64,000 bases of DNA from an uncultured virus (IMG/VR IMGVR_UViG_3300007514_000623) (lineage: Duplodnaviria; Heunggongvirae; Uroviricota; Caudoviricetes): IMG/VR virus record IMGVR_UViG_3300007514_000623; one strand, 5' to 3'. Below, piece by piece: positions 14,912 to 25,764 of this stretch (position 1 is its first letter; the number at the start of each line of letters is the position of its first letter). The notes below the pieces were generated by a model. It was not told the DNA's origin and made no database searches. It saw nothing but the letters and a program-made list of their open reading frames with translations. The position numbers and the translations under genes were made by a program.

Positions 14912-16734
14912 TGCCATCAAAGAAATTAAATATAACTGATTTAGATTTTGATGATATAAAATCTAATTTAAAAACTTATCTAAGCTCTCAGGAACAATTT
15001 GAGGATTATGATTTTGAAGGTAGTTCCATGAGCATTTTGTTAGATATATTATCTTACAATACTCATTACATGGGTTTCTATGCTAACATGCTTGCGAATG
15101 AAATGTTTTTAGATTCTTCAGCGTTGAGAGATTCTATTGTTTCTCATTCTAAACATCTTAACTTTACACCCACTTCAAAACGATCCGCTACTGCAAAATT
15201 AGATTTTACTTTTACTCCATCTGGTTCACCATCTCAAATAACTATACTAAAAGGTACAACTTTCACTTCAAGTATTGATGGTGTTAGATATACTTTTACT
15301 ACAGATGAAGCACATACAGTACCAAGAGCATTGGATGGTACATATAGTCTTACTGGTGTTAAAATAGTTGAGGGTAAAGTTTTAAATAAAAGATATACTG
15401 TTAATGGTGCAGATAAAACACAAAGATTTATTTTACCAAATTCTGATATTGATACGCAATCAATTAAAATGAATATTCAAACATCTGGAAGTGATACTAC
15501 ACTTGAGACATTTACTAATGCTTCAAGTATAGATATTAATGTGATTAAAAGTACTGATGCTGTATTTTGGGTAGAAGAAATAAAAGATCAAGAATACGAA
15601 ATTATTTTTGGAGATGGTTCAGTTGGTAAACAGTTGATAGATGGAAATATTGTTTTCATAGAATACATGACTACAAATGGATCAGCTGCAAATAATGCTA
15701 GTACCTTTACTGCAACGAGCGTAGTTGCTGGTTTGGATTCTGGAAATTATGTTATAACAACTAACACAATCGCAAATGGTGGTTCTGATATTCAGACATC
15801 TGATTCTGTAAAATTTCTTGCACCAAAATTATATTCTGCACAGAAAAGAGCTTGTACAAAAGAAGATTATAAAGCAATTTTGTTAGAACAAAGACCAGAC
15901 ATTGAATCCATAACTGTTTATGGTGGTGAGGAGGCAGACCCAGTACAGTATGGAAAAGTTTTTATTGCAGCCAAACCAGCTGGTAATAATGTTTATAGTA
16001 CTTCTACTAAAGAGAATATTCGTGATACCGTTCTTAAAAAGTTAAATGTTGTTACAATACAACCAGAGATTATTGATCCAGTTTTCTTTTATGTTCTAAT
16101 TGATAGTGTAATAAATTTTGATCCTGTTAAACTGTTAACAGATCAGACTACTCTTTCGACAAATATCAATACATCTATTCAATCTTACATTCAGAATAAT
16201 CTAGAAAAGTTCGATCAAAAGTTTAGGTATTCACAATTAGTTTCTTCTATTGATGATACTAGTTCTGCTATTAGAAATAATAAAACAATGATTAAGTATC
16301 GCCAAAGAGTTATACCAACTCTTTTGAATCAAGCACAGACCTTTACAATGAATTTTAATAATGCAATAAAAAAGGGAAGTATTACCTCAGAATCTTTTGT
16401 TGGTTCAGACGGAAACACATATGTATTGATTGATGATTCGGAAGGAAAAATTAAAGCTGCAAAAACTACTAATGGTGTACAGGATGCTCCTGCTGTTTAC
16501 TTAGTACAACCAGACGGTACAAAGAATCAAGGTGAGATTGATTATACTACTGGTAAGATAACATTAAATAGTTTAACTATCGTTTCAATTACATCTGGTG
16601 AACAATTTATTAGATTTACTGTAACACCTGATAGTAATAATTCGGATATTACTCCTTTGAGAGAACAAATTTTAACTTATGATGTAAATGAAACAGATGC
16701 TATTACTATAACAATGGTTTCAGAAACAATTTAA
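14911..16734 (+). CDS. gp6: Baseplate wedge subunit gp6
   Basis: LDFD.IK.NLK.YL..Q..F.DYDFEGS, NE.FLDS, Q.RA.T..DY, YGKVFI. Confidence 0.95.
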   Translation: MPSKKLNITDLDFDDIKSNLKTYLSSQEQFEDYDFEGSSMSILLDILSYNTHYMGFYANMLANEMFLDSSALRDSIVSHSKHLNFTPTSKRSATAKLDFTFTPSGSPSQITILKGTTFTSSIDGVRYTFTTDEAHTVPRALDGTYSLTGVKIVEGKVLNKRYTVNGADKTQRFILPNSDIDTQSIKMNIQTSGSDTTLETFTNASSIDINVIKSTDAVFWVEEIKDQEYEIIFGDGSVGKQLIDGNIVFIEYMTTNGSAANNASTFTATSVVAGLDSGNYVITTNTIANGGSDIQTSDSVKFLAPKLYSAQKRACTKEDYKAILLEQRPDIESITVYGGEEADPVQYGKVFIAAKPAGNNVYSTSTKENIRDTVLKKLNVVTIQPEIIDPVFFYVLIDSVINFDPVKLLTDQTTLSTNINTSIQSYIQNNLEKFDQKFRYSQLVSSIDDTSSAIRNNKTMIKYRQRVIPTLLNQAQTFTMNFNNAIKKGSITSESFVGSDGNTYVLIDDSEGKIKAAKTTNGVQDAPAVYLVQPDGTKNQGEIDYTTGKITLNSLTIVSITSGEQFIRFTVTPDSNNSDITPLREQILTYDVNETDAITITMVSETI

Positions 16735-16735
16735 T

Positions 16736-18793
16736 ATGACAACTAAAGTAAAACCAAATCAACCTATTCATCCTAAGTTTGATGAGAGACTTAGTGTAAG
16801 AATAGAAGGACAACTTCCTGAGTTTGTCAAAACAGATCATCCTACGTTTGTAGCTTTTCTTGAAGCGTATTACGAATATATGGAACAGCAGGGGAAACCC
16901 TACGAGATCATTGGTAATTTAAATAATTATGCAGACCTCGGAAGTACTACGGAAGATTTTTTAAAATACTTTAAAGAGCAGTATGCCGTAGATATTCCAG
17001 AAGCAGTTTTTGCAAACACAAGTAAACCATTTGTATTAAAACATCTCAGAGATTTCTATCGTGCAAAGGGTAGTGAGAAATCATTTCAGTTATTTTTTAG
17101 ATTACTTTATAATCAAGAAATAGAACTTTATTTTCCTGCCACGGATATGCTTCGTACCTCTGATGGTAGATATAATAAAAGTAAAATTATAAGAGTGATT
17201 GATACTAGTGCTGATGATAGTGTATTTAAATTAGTAGGAAAAAAAATTACTGGTCAAACTTCTACCGCTACTGCTATTGTTGAAAATATATTGAAAGAGA
17301 GTGTAGGTTCTTATGTTGTTTCTACATTATATCTTTCTGGTGTTCTAGGCACCTTCTCAATGAATGAAGTTATTTCAGATGGAACATTAACATTTACATT
17401 GGGGTCAATGGTAACTGGTAGTTCCATACAAGTTGCTGGAAATAATTATTCTGTTGGAAGTTCAATACCAATATCTGGCGGTGGTGCAAATAATTCTGGT
17501 GCGGTTATAAAGATTAATAAATTAACCGCTGGTAGTATATTGAAAGTTAATATTACCAATGGTGGTACTGGTTATCAAGTTGGTGATAAGTTTGTTTTCA
17601 ATAATTCTGGTAAGATGAATATTAATGGTAGAACTGCAAGTTTAATTGTCAAAGCTGTTGATGGTAGTGGAACGATTACGGAACTTGAATTAGAAAACAT
17701 GGGTAGAGGTTACACTTCCCTACCAACAATATCTGGTGGTAGTGGTAATGGTTTTGTTCCAGAAATTATTGGATGGAACATTGGTGGTATTTCAGAATTA
17801 AAAATTCAAAATAATGGTTTCGGTTTTAGTAGTACACCAACATTAGATTTAACAGGACTTGGTGATGGTGATGCACAGGTAAGTGTTACAGTAGGTTCAT
17901 ATGAACCAAAGTTCAATGTTGGTTTTATTTCTGATAATGGATTTCTATCTGCTAATAAATATTTACAGGATAGTAATTACTATCAATTATTTTCTTATGT
18001 TCTTACTGTTGGAGAAACGATTGATAAATGGAGAGACATTGTTAAACGTGCGATACATCCAGCTGGTCTAGCGTTGTTTGGAAGGTATCAATTAATATCT
18101 AATATAAAAACAAATTTCTCTTTAACTAATCTTGATTTATCTGATAGATATACAATTATTTTCCATGATGGCGATATTGAACCGCCAGTAAGATTAAATT
18201 TAAAAATAGATTCATGTGAAGGTGATAGTGAACTAATTGTTAATGCTGAAGATTATAAACTTATTTCTGATAGTGTAGAGGAAACGGAAGATCATGGTTT
18301 GATAACACAGATGGTTGATGATGGTGAGGACTATAAATTAATATCTCAACTTGTTAGTGCATTTTCTGAACCAACTAAATGTCAGATTTATGAGCAAGAC
18401 TTAGGTATTCAGAAATTAGTTGATGGTGGTTTTGATGATTACCTTTTTGTTAATGTAGTTGCTACTAGAAGTGGAGATTTTGGTTTCATAGTTGGCCCAA
18501 CTGCTAACCCTATGGATTATGGTACTGTTAGTGAGTCAGACCAATTCGGTTCTTCACAATTAAGACTTGGGCCGATAAGAAGAAGCCTGGATAGAATGAA
18601 GTTTCTCAATCAAGGTGGGTATAGTCAGGTTATTGGTTCTGGCAATCAGTCTGGTACAACTATTGAGAATTTTAAAAATGAAATAATTTCAGAGTATGTT
18701 TTCTTTAATGGAAAGAAACATAGAAGATTAACGAATGCTACAGTAACTCAATATGTAACTGGTGATGAAGCAAATGCTTTACCGCCTTCATAA
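16736..18793 (+). CDS. gp7: Baseplate wedge initiator, gp7-like
   Basis: Q.PEFV..D.P.FV.FL.AYY, FY..KG...S...FFR.L, LQDS.YYQ.FSY, HPAG..LFG; position between gp6 and gp8. Confidence 0.8.
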   Translation: MTTKVKPNQPIHPKFDERLSVRIEGQLPEFVKTDHPTFVAFLEAYYEYMEQQGKPYEIIGNLNNYADLGSTTEDFLKYFKEQYAVDIPEAVFANTSKPFVLKHLRDFYRAKGSEKSFQLFFRLLYNQEIELYFPATDMLRTSDGRYNKSKIIRVIDTSADDSVFKLVGKKITGQTSTATAIVENILKESVGSYVVSTLYLSGVLGTFSMNEVISDGTLTFTLGSMVTGSSIQVAGNNYSVGSSIPISGGGANNSGAVIKINKLTAGSILKVNITNGGTGYQVGDKFVFNNSGKMNINGRTASLIVKAVDGSGTITELELENMGRGYTSLPTISGGSGNGFVPEIIGWNIGGISELKIQNNGFGFSSTPTLDLTGLGDGDAQVSVTVGSYEPKFNVGFISDNGFLSANKYLQDSNYYQLFSYVLTVGETIDKWRDIVKRAIHPAGLALFGRYQLISNIKTNFSLTNLDLSDRYTIIFHDGDIEPPVRLNLKIDSCEGDSELIVNAEDYKLISDSVEETEDHGLITQMVDDGEDYKLISQLVSAFSEPTKCQIYEQDLGIQKLVDGGFDDYLFVNVVATRSGDFGFIVGPTANPMDYGTVSESDQFGSSQLRLGPIRRSLDRMKFLNQGGYSQVIGSGNQSGTTIENFKNEIISEYVFFNGKKHRRLTNATVTQYVTGDEANALPPS

Positions 18794-18808
18794 ACTTTAA
18801 AAAAGTAT

Positions 18809-18816
18809 TATAAATA
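18809..18816 (+). promoter_or_regulatory. T4-type late promoter TATAAATA
   Basis: Exact consensus upstream of gp8; context AAAAAAGTATTATAAATA is shared with 13738. Confidence 0.75.
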
Positions 18817-18858
18817 TCGAAGTACAGATAACAAAACAATTAAAAGGAACGAATAATT

Positions 18859-20187
18859 ATGAGTGCTATAATCCATAACAGTTTTAGAAAATATAACGCA
18901 GATAACTTTATTGATTCATTAGGATCGAATAAGGTCTATTTGATGATCGGTAAAGATTCGCCTTGGAGTGGAGCTAGCGCTGGTGAATATAACGAAACAA
19001 CGCCGAGTGATACTATTATACCCATTCCGATTGATACTACATCATCTCAATATATACATCATGCTTCTATGATTGCAGCTAAACTAATTCCCGCTTCTAG
19101 TGTTTCTCATGTTATCAAGAGAGTTGATTGGACTACTGGTACAGTTTATGTTGAGTATGATAATTTGACAGATGATATTATAGATCAGGACTTCTTTGTT
19201 TTTACAAGTGCATTTAGAGTTTATAAGTGTATTAGTAATTATGGTGGAGCCGCTTCTACGGTAGAACCAACTGGTGTTTCTGCTGACATTATTGAAACAG
19301 CAGATAATTATAGATGGAAGTTTATGTTTGAAGTTCCACAAGGAGATGTTTTAAAATTCGTAACAACCGATTGGATTCCAGTAAAAACTCCAGCGACTGC
19401 TGGTACGGATCAGGAAACAGTAGAAGGTGCAGCTGTTGATGGAGCATTAGATCATATAGCAGTTACTGGTGGTGGTACTGGATATAAATTCCATGTTGGT
19501 ACTGCACAGTCAGGATCAGGAACTACTGCTGTTCTAGATGTTGGTGCTGATGCTACAGATGATTATTATAATGGAATGACAATCTTTATTACAAATGGTG
19601 AAGGTAATGGACAGTTAAGAACAATTACAGATTATGATGGAACAACTAAAACAGCTACAATCGATTCTGCATGGTCAACTGATTTAAATAACACAAGTGA
19701 TTTTTCTGTTGCACCAGTTGTAACAATAACTCCTAGTGCTAATGATGGTACTGGTGCAGTTGCTAGAGTTTCAAGTGTAGAGTCAGGTGTCGTTAAAAAA
19801 ATATCTATGGTAACAATCGGTTCTGGATATCGTTTTGTAACTGCAGCTGTAACAAGTGGTGGTGGTGCTGGTGCCGTAATTAATCCTATAATTTCACCTA
19901 CGGGCGGACATGGTAGTAATGCTGTAAGTGAATTGGGTGGTGCATTTGTTATGTTGAATGCTAGACTAGTTGGTAATGAAGGTGCTGACTTTCCAGTAGG
20001 AGATGATTTTAGAAAAGTACATCTCTTGGCTAATCCTAAAACTGGTGGTGTTGCAGCTACTGGTACAACCTATAACGCTGATGAAATAGATGACGGTTCG
20101 GGTTCAATAATTTATACAGAATTTAGAACACCAATTAATAGAGCATCTGATTCAACCGAAGATATAAAACTAGTTGTCGAATTCTAG
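18859..20187 (+). CDS. gp8: Baseplate wedge subunit gp8
   Basis: R.DW..GT.Y..YD, VYKC.SN.....ST..P, D.Y.WKF.F, GHG..A..ELG, I.R..D..EDIK.V.EF. Confidence 0.92.
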   Translation: MSAIIHNSFRKYNADNFIDSLGSNKVYLMIGKDSPWSGASAGEYNETTPSDTIIPIPIDTTSSQYIHHASMIAAKLIPASSVSHVIKRVDWTTGTVYVEYDNLTDDIIDQDFFVFTSAFRVYKCISNYGGAASTVEPTGVSADIIETADNYRWKFMFEVPQGDVLKFVTTDWIPVKTPATAGTDQETVEGAAVDGALDHIAVTGGGTGYKFHVGTAQSGSGTTAVLDVGADATDDYYNGMTIFITNGEGNGQLRTITDYDGTTKTATIDSAWSTDLNNTSDFSVAPVVTITPSANDGTGAVARVSSVESGVVKKISMVTIGSGYRFVTAAVTSGGGAGAVINPIISPTGGHGSNAVSELGGAFVMLNARLVGNEGADFPVGDDFRKVHLLANPKTGGVAATGTTYNADEIDDGSGSIIYTEFRTPINRASDSTEDIKLVVEF

Positions 20188-20195
20188 TATAAATA
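20188..20195 (+). promoter_or_regulatory. T4-type late promoter TATAAATA
   Basis: Exact consensus upstream of the 1781-aa gene. Confidence 0.75.
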
Positions 20196-20219
20196 ATTAA
20201 AAAAAACTAAAGGTAAATT

Positions 20220-23200
20220 ATGTCTAATAACATTACAGTCAATACAAACCAGAATCCTTATTTTGATGATTTTGATGAGAATGATAATTTTCATCAGGTC
20301 ATGTATAAACCATCTCTGCCCGTACAAGCTAGAGAATTAACTACGCAACAATCCATACTCCGAGATCAAGTAAAGAAATTCGGAGATCATGTTTTTAAAA
20401 ATGGAAGTAAAGTAACTGGCGCTGATGTAACATTAAATTTAGATTATGAGTTTGTTAAACTACAAAGTCAGTTAAATGGTGTAGATATTAATGTTGATAA
20501 CTTTGCTGGTAAAACTATTACTGGTAATGAATCTGGAACTAAAGCTTTAGTTATTGGTACTGCTAAACTTGATACTGATTCTGGCGATCCTAATACAGTA
20601 TTTGTTAAGTATATTACTGGTGGTGCAGTAACGGACGGTGTACAGGGAATTAAAGTTCTCAATGTTGGTTCTGGATATACTAGTGTTCCTACAGTAGTTA
20701 TTACGCCAACAAATGGAGGTTCTGGTGCTACTGCTGTTGCGAATGTTAACAATGGTACAGTAACTTCCGTTGATGTAACCAATTCTGGAACTGGTTATCT
20801 TTCTGCTCCAACAATTACTTTTGCAGGCGGTAGTGGTTCGGGTACAACCGCAACATCTACGATTGAAACATCACCAACATTTCTTGGTAATGAAAGAGTA
20901 AGTGCAACTGATTTAAGTATATCTGCATTGACACAATCAAGTTCACCTACTGGTACTGGTAGTTCTGTTTCTTTAAGTGAAGGTGTTTTCTATATCAATG
21001 GTAATTTTGTTAAAACAGCTACACAGACAATCGTTCTTGACAAATATACAAATACCCCTTCTTATAAAATTGGTGTAACCGTACTAGAGAGTATTATAAC
21101 TTCTGGTGATGATTCAACATTGTTGGATAATGCACAAGGTTCTTTTAACTTCTCTGCTCCTGGCGCAGATCGTTTGAAACTTGCATTGACATTAACAAAG
21201 AAAACACTTGATTCGGAAGATGATACAGACTTCTTTGAAGTGTTAAGAGTCGATAACGGTTTAAAACAATTAGATGTTGCTGTTCCTCTTTATTCTGCTT
21301 TGGAACAAACATTTGCAAGAAGAACATTTGATGAGTCTGGTAGTTATACTGTAAGACCTTTTAACATTCAGTTAAAAGACGATCCATTAGATAGTACAAA
21401 ATTTATTGCAAGACTTGATCCTGGCAAAGCTTTCATTGAAGGTTTTGAATATGAAACAATTATTTCAACAGACTTGTCTATTGAAAAAGCACGAACAACA
21501 GTAAACGTAAATAACTTTGATCGTCTAATGCAATATGGTAACTATATTATTGTAACAGGCTACAAAGGTATGTTTGATATTACATCTAATGTAAAGATTG
21601 ACTTGCATAATGCTGATCATGCATCTATCGTTACAACTGATTCTGGAACTTATGCAAACACAAAAATTGGTGAAGCACGTATTAGAAGTGTTCAACATAT
21701 TTCTGGTACTGGTGTAACTGCTACATATAGATTATATATCTATGATATTCAAATAACAACTTCTACCTTTGCAGAGGTTGAATCGGTTGTAATACCAGAA
21801 AGTCCTCTATCTGGTGCTATTGATTTTATTGGTTATGCTAATATTGATGATAGTGGTAAGGATGGTGGAACATCTGGTGGCGATGCAAAGTTATTTGAAA
21901 CATCTGAGAATAGTATGTTATTCAAACTTCCTCAGAATACTATACAAACTATTCGTGATGAAAGTTCTGGTATTGACACAAGTTATACTATAAAAAGAGT
22001 TTTTAAAGATGTTCCGTTTACAGTAGGTCAAGCAACGATTCCTACTGGTGGTGTTACTGAAACATTTTTAGGTACTGGTAGTTTAAGTAATACTAATAAA
22101 GTAGAGAACTATCTTATTACGGTAAAAACAGTTGGAACTTCTGCTTTTAGTGTAGGTGATGTTATTTCTTTAGATGATCCAGCAACTGCAACTGTTAATG
22201 GCCCAGATAATATATCGGTTACATTTGATGCTAATACCGCTACAAACTTTACAGCAGATATTATTGCGACATTGAATATCGATAATAAACAAGAGAAAAC
22301 AAAAGCGTTAACTAAGTGTCATAGTAAAACTATTGCATCTCCTAATACATCTATGTTGAGTAGTGATTCATTGGAAATTTCTGATGTTTATACTCTTGAT
22401 GCGGTTTATGATTCTGAAGATTTAGCAACTGATCCTACTCTACCAACATTGAATGTTAATCAAACATCAGATTCATTGACACCAGGCGAAACTATAACAG
22501 GATTAACTTCTGGTGCAAAGGGTAAAGTAATTGCAGGCGCTGGTGGAACAACAACAGTTACTTATGTATTAATGAGTGGAACTTTTGTTGTAGAGGATGT
22601 TATTGGAGCAACATCTGGATTTACAAAAACTGTTACAACTGTTGTTGCTGGTTCACCAGAAATTTCATCTAGATATTCTCTTAATACTGGCCAGAAAGAT
22701 AATTTTTACGATCATGGTTCTATTAAGTTGAAAGATGGTTCAACCGCACCTACTGGAAGAATTACTGCTGTCTTTACTTATTTTACTCATACTGGTATAG
22801 GATATTTTTCAGTTGACTCTTATACATCATCCGTTGGTTTTGATAATATTCCAACTTATACATCACCCATAACTGGTGATACAGTTGAGTTAAGAGATTG
22901 TATTGATTTTAGACCAAGACGAGATGATGGTGGTGTTGGTGTTTCAAATGCTGAAGTACCATCACCCAATACAAACTGGTCTGCTGATTATAGTTATTAT
23001 CTCCCAAGAGTTGATACTGTTTATTTAAGTAGAGAAAGAAAATTCGGAAGTAACATGGGTGTTCCTTCCTTAACAACTGTACCCCCTATTAGATTAGATG
23101 GTACTATGAACTTGTATGCATTGGAGATTCCAGCATATACATTTAAAGCATCAGACGTTAATGCAAAATATATTGAAAACAAAAGATACACAATGCGAGA

Positions 23201-25565
23201 CATTGGTGCATTGGAAAAACGTATAGACAATATAGAATATTATGCTTCATTATCTTTATTAGAAAGTGAAACAGAAGCATTAGTTATTAAGGATGCAAAT
23301 GGTTTAGATAGATTTAAGAATGGAATTTTAGCTGATCCGTTTAGGGGTCATGGTGTTGGTGATGTTTTAAGTGCAGATTATAAATGTGCAATCGATTTTG
23401 CAGAACAAACATTAAGACCAAGTTTTAATTCTAATATTACAGATGTGTCTTATGAATCTGGTGATTCACAGAACGTAACGAAAAAGGGAGATTTAATTAC
23501 ACTTCCATATACTACTGCAACATTTGTAAATCAAACAATAGCATCCCAATCGATTAATGTTAATCCTTATGCGGTATTAGCATGGATAGGAACGGTTGAT
23601 CTTACACCGCCTAATGATAACTGGATTGATACTGCTAATCAACCCGAAGTAGTTGTAAACCTTCAAGGTGAAAATGATGCATGGTCAAGATTAGTTGGTC
23701 TAGGGTTTGGTACACAGTTTAATGATTGGCAAGATATTGGTACTGGTCGAAATGAAAGGGTAACGGGAACGCAAGGAAGTTTTGTATCGGGTCGTGCTAT
23801 TATTCAAAGACAAACTGTTAGAGTAGATCAACAACAAAGTCGAACTGGTATTCGTAATGAAATTGTTGGAACAGATACAGTAAGAAATAGTATCGGTGAT
23901 AGAGTAGTTGATGTTTCTGTTATACCATTTATTCGTTCAAGGGATGTAGCGGTTTCTGTTACTGGAATGAAACCAAACACTAGAGTATATGCTTTCTTTG
24001 ATGGTGTTGACGTTACTGCTCATTGTACACCAACAGAATTATATACAGATTCATCTGGTGCTATTACATTAACCTTTACTATTCCCAATACTGATACACT
24101 ACGATTCAGAACTGGTGAAAGACAATTCCTGTTAGTCGATAATACAAATGGGGATTTAATTTCTGCATCTACATATGCGGAAGTTATTTATCAAGCACAA
24201 GGTTTATTGCAAACAAGAGAAAATGTTGTAGTATCTTCAAGAGTTCCTAGAATACAACAGTTTGCTATGGGTAGTGCTACAGAGTTTAGAACAACGACAA
24301 ATCAGTTTACCAGAAATGCAGTAGTAGGATGGATTGATCCTCTTGCTGAAACATTCTTGGTTGATGAAGCATTATATCCAGATGGAATTTTTGTTTCAGA
24401 CGTTGATTTGTTTTTCAAAACAAAAGATACAGATGGTTTACCAGTAACACTACAAATTAGAGATACACTAAATGGTTATCCAACTCAAACAATATTACCA
24501 TTCTCGGATGTTGCTTTAACACCCGATCAAGTTAATATAAGTGAGGATGCGACAAGTGCAACTAAGTTTACATTCCCATCATTGGTTTACTTGCAGCCTG
24601 GTGAATATGCTCTTGTTATCATAAGTAATAGTACGAAATATGAAGCGTTCATTTCTGAAATGGGGCAGAACATTATTGGTACAAACCGAAAGGTATCTGA
24701 ACAACCTTATGCTGGTGTATTCTTCAAATCACAGAATGCTTCAACATGGAGTCCAGATCAGAATCAAGATTTAACTTTTAGAATTAATAAAGCAGTGTTT
24801 GATAATACTTTAACATCAGAAGCTGTCTTTAAGGATGGAACAGCGTCTGCTGATGTTAAAGCAGATATTATTGATATAATTCCTCAAACGGTTAGGGTTA
24901 ATAGTACGGATATTGCTTGGGGAGTTAAGATGACAAGTGTAGGTACATCATTATTAGATACTAGTTATACTTCCGTAACACAAAATAATAATTACCAATG
25001 GAATGTACAAAAACTTATTACTCAATCAGCAGGAAGTTATATACAAAGAGGAACATTGACATCTTCTAGTATTCACGTTAGTCCTGTTATTGATACAGCG
25101 AGGAATAGTGTTATTACCATTGAAAATATTATTAACAATTTAACTAGTGGTGAGGAAGTTCAAGAAGGTGGAGATGCACTTGCGAGATATCTTTCAAGAA
25201 GGGTAACACTAAAGGATGGTTTTGATGCTACAGACTTAAAAGTTTATATGACTGCTAATAGACAAAGTGGTACAACAATTACTATGTATTATAAAGTCCT
25301 TTCGCAATTTGATGCTGACGATTTTGATGATAAGTTATGGGTAAAAATGCAAGAGGTAACAAATACAAATACAGTTTCCGCAAATGATGATAGTGAAGAA
25401 TATTTGGAACTGGAATTTTCACCTAGTACAGCTAATACAAATTATACAGTTGGTGCAGTAACATATGATAGTTTTAAAACATTTGCAGTTAAAATTGTTA
25501 TGACATCAACCAATACAACTAAAGTTCCTCTTATTAAAGACCTAAGATGTATTGCATTGGCATAA
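20220..25565 (+). CDS. Large virion structural protein (VrlC/DUF4815-like)
   Basis: PYFDDFD, VQARELT..Q, APGADR.K, ARRT.DESG.Y, YTMRDIG.LE.RI, RFKNG, DPLA.TF, LFKSQN.STW, C-terminal DLR.IALA. Confidence 0.88.
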   Translation: MSNNITVNTNQNPYFDDFDENDNFHQVMYKPSLPVQARELTTQQSILRDQVKKFGDHVFKNGSKVTGADVTLNLDYEFVKLQSQLNGVDINVDNFAGKTITGNESGTKALVIGTAKLDTDSGDPNTVFVKYITGGAVTDGVQGIKVLNVGSGYTSVPTVVITPTNGGSGATAVANVNNGTVTSVDVTNSGTGYLSAPTITFAGGSGSGTTATSTIETSPTFLGNERVSATDLSISALTQSSSPTGTGSSVSLSEGVFYINGNFVKTATQTIVLDKYTNTPSYKIGVTVLESIITSGDDSTLLDNAQGSFNFSAPGADRLKLALTLTKKTLDSEDDTDFFEVLRVDNGLKQLDVAVPLYSALEQTFARRTFDESGSYTVRPFNIQLKDDPLDSTKFIARLDPGKAFIEGFEYETIISTDLSIEKARTTVNVNNFDRLMQYGNYIIVTGYKGMFDITSNVKIDLHNADHASIVTTDSGTYANTKIGEARIRSVQHISGTGVTATYRLYIYDIQITTSTFAEVESVVIPESPLSGAIDFIGYANIDDSGKDGGTSGGDAKLFETSENSMLFKLPQNTIQTIRDESSGIDTSYTIKRVFKDVPFTVGQATIPTGGVTETFLGTGSLSNTNKVENYLITVKTVGTSAFSVGDVISLDDPATATVNGPDNISVTFDANTATNFTADIIATLNIDNKQEKTKALTKCHSKTIASPNTSMLSSDSLEISDVYTLDAVYDSEDLATDPTLPTLNVNQTSDSLTPGETITGLTSGAKGKVIAGAGGTTTVTYVLMSGTFVVEDVIGATSGFTKTVTTVVAGSPEISSRYSLNTGQKDNFYDHGSIKLKDGSTAPTGRITAVFTYFTHTGIGYFSVDSYTSSVGFDNIPTYTSPITGDTVELRDCIDFRPRRDDGGVGVSNAEVPSPNTNWSADYSYYLPRVDTVYLSRERKFGSNMGVPSLTTVPPIRLDGTMNLYALEIPAYTFKASDVNAKYIENKRYTMRDIGALEKRIDNIEYYASLSLLESETEALVIKDANGLDRFKNGILADPFRGHGVGDVLSADYKCAIDFAEQTLRPSFNSNITDVSYESGDSQNVTKKGDLITLPYTTATFVNQTIASQSINVNPYAVLAWIGTVDLTPPNDNWIDTANQPEVVVNLQGENDAWSRLVGLGFGTQFNDWQDIGTGRNERVTGTQGSFVSGRAIIQRQTVRVDQQQSRTGIRNEIVGTDTVRNSIGDRVVDVSVIPFIRSRDVAVSVTGMKPNTRVYAFFDGVDVTAHCTPTELYTDSSGAITLTFTIPNTDTLRFRTGERQFLLVDNTNGDLISASTYAEVIYQAQGLLQTRENVVVSSRVPRIQQFAMGSATEFRTTTNQFTRNAVVGWIDPLAETFLVDEALYPDGIFVSDVDLFFKTKDTDGLPVTLQIRDTLNGYPTQTILPFSDVALTPDQVNISEDATSATKFTFPSLVYLQPGEYALVIISNSTKYEAFISEMGQNIIGTNRKVSEQPYAGVFFKSQNASTWSPDQNQDLTFRINKAVFDNTLTSEAVFKDGTASADVKADIIDIIPQTVRVNSTDIAWGVKMTSVGTSLLDTSYTSVTQNNNYQWNVQKLITQSAGSYIQRGTLTSSSIHVSPVIDTARNSVITIENIINNLTSGEEVQEGGDALARYLSRRVTLKDGFDATDLKVYMTANRQSGTTITMYYKVLSQFDADDFDDKLWVKMQEVTNTNTVSANDDSEEYLELEFSPSTANTNYTVGAVTYDSFKTFAVKIVMTSTNTTKVPLIKDLRCIALA

Positions 25566-25566
25566 T

Positions 25567-25764
25567 ATGAAAATAGTAAATAAACAATTAGAACGTGATA
25601 TGAATTCTAAAGCTATTCTGAATACTAACAGGAGTGCTTTAGAACAATATAAGATAGAACGTGAAAGACGACAAAAGGAAAAGGACGATATAAATAATAT
25701 TAAAAAAGATTTAGCAGAACTTAAAGATATGGTTCAAAAACTTATAGGAAAACAAGATGGCTAA
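25567..25764 (+). CDS. Small coiled-coil protein conserved after VrlC-like genes
   Basis: L.RD..S.AI.N....Y pattern followed by heptads. Confidence 0.7.
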   Translation: MKIVNKQLERDMNSKAILNTNRSALEQYKIERERRQKEKDDINNIKKDLAELKDMVQKLIGKQDG

